Source: a virus
Reading direction: 5' to 3' (one strand)
Length of the DNA stretch: 64,000 nt
IMG/VR virus record: IMGVR_UViG_3300037461_000428
Location: 1 to 64,000 of that record
Of the stretch, positions 58,043-64,000 are shown piece by piece (position 1 is the first letter of the stretch; the number at the start of each line of letters is the position of its first letter). A model generated the notes under the pieces. The model did no database searches. It saw only the letters and a list, made by a program, of their open reading frames with translations, and was not told the origin of the DNA. Both the position numbers and the translations under genes were made by a program.

Positions 58043-60456
58043 TGAAGACAAAATCAGAACATCAACAAATACATGGCGTAATTAATGTAATTGATTCGCT
58101 ATTAGACTTTAAATTAAACTCTCAAGAGTTTATGTCTAATGAAAAAATTGTATTACAAATTGGAGAAACAATTGATAGACTCAACGCAGTTGAGTATGGA
58201 CATAGTCTTCTATCAATTACAAAAGGAAAGACTAGGAATCTACTTTTAATAACAAAAAATAATAATTGGTTTCATATTTATAAATGGATAATAGAAGAAT
58301 CAATTGAGAAGGTAGTTGGAGTAGAAATCCACGAAGAAAATCACTCAGCAGATCTTCATACTTTTCTTGAAAAACTCGAGGCAAGTAATCAAATTAGAAC
58401 AGATGAACTAATGTCTGCACTTGTTGTTCCTACTATAAATGGATTTAATACAAACAAAAAGGCAGCAACTGATTTTGTTAATTTAAAAAATAAAGACGAA
58501 AGAAAAGGTCCTTCACCAAAAGAAGAGGCAATTGCATATAGAAAAGAAAACGAAGGTCTAATATCTTTTGGAAGAAAAGTCTTATCAAAAATAGCTCATA
58601 TTAAAAGCGAACTTAAAAAGACAATTGAAACAGCAGTACAAAAATTTGAAATAAAAGAATTGGAACTGACTCAAGAGTTTAATAATTTAAAGAAAGATAA
58701 GATATTCTTAGGAGAGATAACCGATGTAAAAGAAATTGGTGGCCGCCGACACTTTGAAATTAAATGGGTATCAGTAGCGCAGTCTAATAATAATTTAAGA
58801 TACGGAAGATTAACACACGCATGCTCATCAGGAGTAGAATCAGTATCAATAATTAATTCAAATGATCTTTATATATATATAAAAAGAGATTACGATTATG
58901 ATAATGCTGAATTTAATGTAGAAAACTTAGAATATATTCCATATAATCTAGTAGATAAAGGAAGATTAATAGCTGCTATTAAGGATACAGATAGTGAATG
59001 GAAAATTTTAATTAGCCAAGATCCAAGAGTAGATGCAGAATTTTCTAAAAAGTTTGAAAAAGGAATTATTGAATATATTAATGAAAGAATCGAATTAGGA
59101 CATTCGATTCTTGGAACAGAAATTAAAGTACCATCTTTAAAAGCAGTTATTCCATACGATGCATATGAACATAATCAGAGAAAATTAAACGAAAATCTTT
59201 CTGGAATTCGATTAAAACTTAAATCTTTAAAGGTAATGGTTGATGAACATAACTACATAGTAAAGAAAAATAGTTCTATCGGAGAAGACGTTACAGTAAC
59301 CGATAGTATTAAGTTTAATCATCAAGAAGGTAAGATAGCTTATAATGATTTTAGTATAGCAATACCAGATGAATATGTTAAAGCAAAGCTATATAATTTA
59401 TTTAATAGTTACTTAATGAAATATTATCGTTCTGAAGCCACTGAGCAAGATATTCTAGACAGTCTTATAACAGATGTATTTACTGCAATATCTGAGAGAT
59501 TAAATAATAGTACAAAAACAGATCTTGAACTCCCAATTAGAATTAATGATAATATTAATATAATTGTAACCGGTAAGATATCAAAAAGATATGCTAAGAA
59601 TAAAGAAGGAGAGAAGACCGATACCGTAGCATCAACCGGTCAGCTCTTTTATATAAACGATCAAAGGTTTAATAAGAACGAAGTCCTAATGGTACTTAGA
59701 GAGATGACTTGTTATAGAAGTCAAGAGGAAGCTGATGCATTTATTAATAATATTGGTCGACTTAGTCTATCTTCATATATTGGAATTACGACTGGTTATG
59801 AAATCAATTTCAATACAGATAGCAGAAGTAGTTCTAAAGGAGAACCACAGAATAGATTGTTTAGATTTAAAAAGATAAAGGGAGGAAGATCAAACTTCCA
59901 ACTAATATTAGACGATACAAGTATTCCTATAAAGGGAAAGAAACTAATCAATATTCTTTATGAAAATTTTATTGGCGAAAGAGTTCCAGATTTCTTAGGA
60001 AAGATACCAAACTTTATATATGAGTGTAGTGGTTCATCACTTCAGTATTTAAAATATAGAGTATTAATAGACGAATCTTATAAAGCATTTAAAGATAAGT
60101 CTATTGAGTATCTTAATAAGAAAGTTAAAGAGCTGGGCGCTTCACACGCTAAATATTTTAATAAGAAGGCTAGAAAAATTATGGATGCTATTCTATTAAA
60201 AGGTGCGTCTGGAAAGACATATATAATTGCTTATGATTCAAAAGATTCATTTGTATTTATGGATCCACAGTTAAATGAAACAGAAGAACCTTCTGAAATA
60301 AAACAATATAAAGAAGGCAAGTACATATGCATGATTGATCAGAGCAATATTAAATCTAATATTAGTCATGATACTATTGTATCAAAATTAATGGCATTAA
60401 AGAACGATAGCAGTATTGCACATACAATTTACAATTTACAAGAGGAGCTAGAATAA
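58042..60456 (+). CDS. large hypothetical protein (804 aa)
   Basis: The ATG overlaps the upstream stop. No motif recognised by eye. Confidence 0.7.
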   Translation: MKTKSEHQQIHGVINVIDSLLDFKLNSQEFMSNEKIVLQIGETIDRLNAVEYGHSLLSITKGKTRNLLLITKNNNWFHIYKWIIEESIEKVVGVEIHEENHSADLHTFLEKLEASNQIRTDELMSALVVPTINGFNTNKKAATDFVNLKNKDERKGPSPKEEAIAYRKENEGLISFGRKVLSKIAHIKSELKKTIETAVQKFEIKELELTQEFNNLKKDKIFLGEITDVKEIGGRRHFEIKWVSVAQSNNNLRYGRLTHACSSGVESVSIINSNDLYIYIKRDYDYDNAEFNVENLEYIPYNLVDKGRLIAAIKDTDSEWKILISQDPRVDAEFSKKFEKGIIEYINERIELGHSILGTEIKVPSLKAVIPYDAYEHNQRKLNENLSGIRLKLKSLKVMVDEHNYIVKKNSSIGEDVTVTDSIKFNHQEGKIAYNDFSIAIPDEYVKAKLYNLFNSYLMKYYRSEATEQDILDSLITDVFTAISERLNNSTKTDLELPIRINDNINIIVTGKISKRYAKNKEGEKTDTVASTGQLFYINDQRFNKNEVLMVLREMTCYRSQEEADAFINNIGRLSLSSYIGITTGYEINFNTDSRSSSKGEPQNRLFRFKKIKGGRSNFQLILDDTSIPIKGKKLINILYENFIGERVPDFLGKIPNFIYECSGSSLQYLKYRVLIDESYKAFKDKSIEYLNKKVKELGASHAKYFNKKARKIMDAILLKGASGKTYIIAYDSKDSFVFMDPQLNETEEPSEIKQYKEGKYICMIDQSNIKSNISHDTIVSKLMALKNDSSIAHTIYNLQEELE

Positions 60457-60668
60457 TGGCTAACGTTGCAATTGAAAGAACATTAGACAGCGGGTACGAA
60501 GATAAAGAGTATCCACTAGAAGAGGCACTTCCTATTCTCAATAACGAATTGGAAAATGGAAGATCAATTTGGATTGATAATAAACTATTCTCTGATGGAA
60601 TAGTACAAGAAACAGATTTAGTAAAATGCAAAAAGGTTTGTGTAACCAATAGACTGATAGGTGGATAA
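60456..60668 (+). CDS. ThiS/MoaD-like ubiquitin-fold protein ending in Gly-Gly
   Basis: 70 aa. The C-terminal segment ...SIWIDNKLFSDGIVQETDLVKCKKVCVTNRLIGG-stop parallels the ThiS/MoaD pattern (.vNg......L.dgD.v.i....GG). Translationally coupled on both sides. Confidence 0.6.
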   Translation: MANVAIERTLDSGYEDKEYPLEEALPILNNELENGRSIWIDNKLFSDGIVQETDLVKCKKVCVTNRLIGG

Positions 60669-61228
60669 TGAATACAGCCATAAATACCTCAATTAATAAT
60701 CTTGCTAATCCAAGATTAGCAAGAAGTACATTCAAATCACAAGTTGAAAACTCTGCGATAATAAAAGAATTGTATGATGGTATTGTAAATGGTGAATCCG
60801 AAGACTATAAAACACTAAACCTTCTTTGCAAACAAACAGTGGATAATGGATATCGAATTATTCTATCTGATTTATTACCTATACCCTTTGTATTTAAATT
60901 CAAAGGAAAAAGTATTAAATCTCTTTATGAATATGAAGACGTCCATATCCAATCTTCTATTATTAAAACTTTGCTTTTAGATGGCGATGGAGACCTAGAC
61001 TCCAGAGTTAATAGAGCAATATACATATTATATAACTATTGGTTCTTTCATAAGAATAATATTAGTGATATTACTCTTAACGTTTGCGTCGATATAGAGA
61101 ATATCATATCGATTATAATAGATAAAAGTCTTACTATCTATAGAGAATATACAATAACAGGTGAGATAGTAGATAAACTAAGAGAAAAGTTAGTTAACGA
61201 AAAGCTTTTGAACATGGGAGACGTATGA
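60668..61228 (+). CDS. hypothetical protein
   Basis: 186-aa ORF whose ATG overlaps the upstream stop. Confidence 0.6.
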   Translation: MNTAINTSINNLANPRLARSTFKSQVENSAIIKELYDGIVNGESEDYKTLNLLCKQTVDNGYRIILSDLLPIPFVFKFKGKSIKSLYEYEDVHIQSSIIKTLLLDGDGDLDSRVNRAIYILYNYWFFHKNNISDITLNVCVDIENIISIIIDKSLTIYREYTITGEIVDKLREKLVNEKLLNMGDV

Positions 61229-61548
61229 TATTATTTGTTAGTAATGGAAAATTAACTAACGAGCTTTGTAAATTAACTTGGCACGACTTTGAATTCTTAA
61301 CAGGAGTAAAAGTTAATTTAACAAAACGAATCGCACGACAAGTAAGAGTTCTAAGAATTAAAGGACATACTTTTTTATCTGAGGCAACCTTCCTACAAGG
61401 ATGTAAATACGCTAAGTTAGATAGGCCTTCAAATATTTTAGAGTGCGTATATGTGTCTAATGAAGAAGTTATATTAAAAGATATAAAAGAAGATATGCGT
61501 ATTTTACACGTTACAAATAATGCAACAGATTATAGGATAATAGAATGA
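61225..61548 (+). CDS. hypothetical protein
   Basis: 107-aa ORF whose ATG overlaps the upstream stop. Confidence 0.6.
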   Translation: MILFVSNGKLTNELCKLTWHDFEFLTGVKVNLTKRIARQVRVLRIKGHTFLSEATFLQGCKYAKLDRPSNILECVYVSNEEVILKDIKEDMRILHVTNNATDYRIIE

Positions 61549-64000
61549 AAATACCACTATCAATGTACGCAGTAGATGATGGAATATTAATTTACAGAAA
61601 CGGACAGATTGATAAAGCCGCGTTTCCATTCAAGCCTTTTGCATTAGTTGAAAAAGGAAAAATACCAAACGTATTTGGAACAGAAGAAGTTTGGAGAAAA
61701 GTTCCGGAAGACGAAGATAGAACCTACCTAAAAATGGAATTTAATACTCCAAAAGATCTAATGGAATTTAAAAAAAGATTTGCTAAAAATTCAAATCATA
61801 TTTTTATAAATTCTTTTATAGAACAGATTTATATATCTGAACCAGATTTCTTTTTAAAATATCCCCACACAAATGTATTAAAGATTATGTTCTTTGATAT
61901 TGAGGTGGCCTCAAAAGGCGACGGTCTATTTCCTAAACCAACAACCAATGAGATTTTATGTGTTGGATACAGCGTTTGGGAATATTATAACGATGGAAGC
62001 AAAAAGAAAATTACACATAAAATATGCAAAGGATTCGATCCGGTTAAGCTAAACGATAAGCCCGTAATAGACGACTTCTTTAATGACATACAGAAGTATG
62101 ATCCAGATATCTTAGCAGGATATTACAGCGACGACTTTGATCTACCATATTTAATTGAACGCGGAAAGATTGTCGGATCTAACGTAGCAAAGTTGTGTCG
62201 TGGTGGAAGAGAGCCAGTAATAGGAACTGGAAAAGAAAATAAGATAAGACTACCAGGAAGAATTCACTTCGATATCTTTAGCTCAAACTCTGGTGTATTA
62301 AAAGACCAGACTCTATTTGGAATCAAATCCAAAACACTAAAAGACTTAGGCAGATGGTATAAGATTAAAAGAACTAGATTAGTAGATGGAGTCTGGGTAG
62401 AAGATAAGATGGACGACATTGAAATTAAAGAAAACATGGAAGATCTATTAAAGTTATTTAAAGAGAATCCAGATTTACTTTATGCCTATCAGGACGATGA
62501 CGTATATAGAACCGAAGGAGTTGGAAACGTTTATCTTAGGAACTGCATAACTCTAGCAGAGATGATGCACGTATCTCTAGACAGTGTTATAACTATGTAT
62601 TCAAGTCTCATACCAAAGCTATTAGTTGGCCGAGCTATGAATAAGTTAAAAATGATTAATACAGAGACTAACTTCCAAAGATATAATATCCAGACTGGAA
62701 CAGTAGCTAAGGTTAGCCCTAAGTTAAAGTATGAAGGAGCGCTTACCGGACTATATAGAGATGGATATATTCCGTCTACTTGGAAGATAGACTTTGCCTG
62801 TGTTGATAATAAAACAGAAATATTAACAGATGAAGGTTGGAAATTAGTTCCAAATATTAAAGGTAACGAAAAAATACTAACTTACCATTCAAGTGGTTCT
62901 TTAACTTTTCAAAAAATAAATAAATGGAATATATTTGATTACAAAGGAAAATTAATACATATAAAAAATAGATATATAGATCAAATGATTACTCCAAATC
63001 ATAGATGTCTATATAAAAATATAAGAAAAAAAGATCAAGACTGGAAATTTATAGATGCAGAAAAATTACCTACTTATATAAAAATGCCGGTCAGTGGATT
63101 TTCTACTAGTCATAAAATAATTAATAGATTAGTTAGGAAATATGCCGAATTAATCCCTTGGATTATAACAGAAGGAAATATAACTAATAATAATATAACA
63201 ATATCTCAAAGATATACTATAAATAAAGAAAATTGTAAAATATTAAAAGACCTATTTAATACCCTTTTTGATAAAAAAGACATATATATAAGAAACAGAA
63301 AAGATAGACCAGATACTGAATATACAGTAAGAAGAAATTCTTTCAAAAAAATATGTAAAGTATTTGATTTAGGTTTTAGAAGAATACCAACTTGGATATA
63401 TCATCTACCTATTATTGAACGCAGAATATTTATAGACAACCTTATTAAAGGAGACGGACATAAATATACTGAAAATAATCCAGGAGTATATATTTCTAAA
63501 GAAGAAAAATTAATAGACGATATCCAATTATTATGCCACATAACAGGAATGAGAGCTATTAAAAGTAATCAATATACTGATAAAAGAAATGGCTGTAAAT
63601 GGTATTATTTACATATTACTAATACTAACGAAACGCATCTAGGATTAAATACTAGTATAAAATCTAAAGCAGAATTGTACAAAAAAATAGATTATATTGG
63701 AAAAGTATATTGTCCTTCTATAGATAATGGCACTTTTATAATTAAAAGAAATGGTAAAATTTCCATAACTGGAAATTCGATGTATCCAAGTTCAATTCAA
63801 ACTTGGAATCTAGGACCAGATACAACTAAATTAGTAAGCATAGAAGAATATACAGGAAAGTATAACTGTAAAGTAGAAGGGATTTATAACTGGTATAGAA
63901 TTCCTACCAAGTTTGACGATAATAAATATGCATATGATTTTATAGTAAGAGTAAGAAATGATAAAGAAGGATTTTTAAAACAAGAAATCGCCAGATTAAA
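61545..64000 (+). CDS. family-B DNA polymerase, N-terminal part (3' end outside window), intein-containing
   Basis: The frame is open from ATG 61545 to the window end. MFFDIEV is the ExoI motif. Motif A is split, KIDFA | intein | SMYPSSI (DxxSLYPS). Confidence 0.8.
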   Translation, partial: MKIPLSMYAVDDGILIYRNGQIDKAAFPFKPFALVEKGKIPNVFGTEEVWRKVPEDEDRTYLKMEFNTPKDLMEFKKRFAKNSNHIFINSFIEQIYISEPDFFLKYPHTNVLKIMFFDIEVASKGDGLFPKPTTNEILCVGYSVWEYYNDGSKKKITHKICKGFDPVKLNDKPVIDDFFNDIQKYDPDILAGYYSDDFDLPYLIERGKIVGSNVAKLCRGGREPVIGTGKENKIRLPGRIHFDIFSSNSGVLKDQTLFGIKSKTLKDLGRWYKIKRTRLVDGVWVEDKMDDIEIKENMEDLLKLFKENPDLLYAYQDDDVYRTEGVGNVYLRNCITLAEMMHVSLDSVITMYSSLIPKLLVGRAMNKLKMINTETNFQRYNIQTGTVAKVSPKLKYEGALTGLYRDGYIPSTWKIDFACVDNKTEILTDEGWKLVPNIKGNEKILTYHSSGSLTFQKINKWNIFDYKGKLIHIKNRYIDQMITPNHRCLYKNIRKKDQDWKFIDAEKLPTYIKMPVSGFSTSHKIINRLVRKYAELIPWIITEGNITNNNITISQRYTINKENCKILKDLFNTLFDKKDIYIRNRKDRPDTEYTVRRNSFKKICKVFDLGFRRIPTWIYHLPIIERRIFIDNLIKGDGHKYTENNPGVYISKEEKLIDDIQLLCHITGMRAIKSNQYTDKRNGCKWYYLHITNTNETHLGLNTSIKSKAELYKKIDYIGKVYCPSIDNGTFIIKRNGKISITGNSMYPSSIQTWNLGPDTTKLVSIEEYTGKYNCKVEGIYNWYRIPTKFDDNKYAYDFIVRVRNDKEGFLKQEIARL
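62799..63776 (+). mobile_element. intein (326 aa) in DNA polymerase motif A
   Basis: It starts CVDNKTEILTDEGW and ends KISITGN followed by Ser+1. The internal NLIKGDGH is LAGLIDADG-like. Removing it restores DFASMYPS. Confidence 0.7.

Noticed and set aside
193-61000. All minus-strand ORFs in the track (for example 193-420, 665-949, 2639-3013, 6672-7064, 9807-10202, 26051-26374, 50788-51201, 55609-56031, 60374-60649).
   Set aside because: Each lies antisense to a better + strand gene, lacks an RBS-like sequence, and has a hydrophobic or low-complexity shadow-ORF composition. The genome segment appears to be transcribed in one direction only.
1-64000. An integrase, transposase or HUH nuclease that could mobilise the cassettes.
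   Set aside because: By eye, no ORF in the window shows tyrosine-recombinase (R..H..R..Y), serine-recombinase, DDE or HUH motifs. Absence from this window says nothing about the rest of the genome.

Overview
The window looks like part of a large, AT-rich, tRNA-bearing dsDNA bacteriophage genome. Every credible gene is on the + strand, tightly packed, usually with an AAGGAG-like RBS. The minus-strand ORFs in the track look like shadow ORFs.

Recognisable backbone genes:
- Replication and repair: family-4 uracil-DNA glycosylase, endonuclease VII-like nuclease, ATP-dependent DNA ligase, DNA methyltransferase, SSB, RecA-like recombinase, UvrD-like helicase, and a family-B DNA polymerase that runs off the 3' edge and carries an intein.
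- ATPases: a ClpA/B-like ATPase and a Ycf46-like AAA+ ATPase interrupted by an Ala1 intein, flanked by a DUF1257/DUF2997 pair. A second such pair lies at 12.9 kb.
- RNA module: receiver-like protein, tRNA-His, RNA ligase, a tandem array of Y-RNA-like genes, and a Ro60(TROVE)-vWA protein.

Three things stand out:
1. Three visibly GC-richer islands (about 3.8-9.4 kb, 10.4-12.8 kb and 23.25-24.6 kb) consist of about 30 co-directional mini-cassettes. The cassettes are delimited by imperfect, covarying hairpins with an ACAAC...GTTGT core. In the 9 cassettes checked, the start is complementary to the sequence just before that cassette's own terminal hairpin. This is an integron/attC-like logic, but no recombinase is visible in the window.
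2. A minimal ThiF/E1-like gene and a ThiS/MoaD-like gene ending in Gly-Gly bracket an 804-aa unknown protein next to the polymerase.
3. There are many tRNA-like fragments and minihelices in addition to 5-6 tRNAs.

All coordinates were read by eye from the sequence. No searches or folding programs were run.
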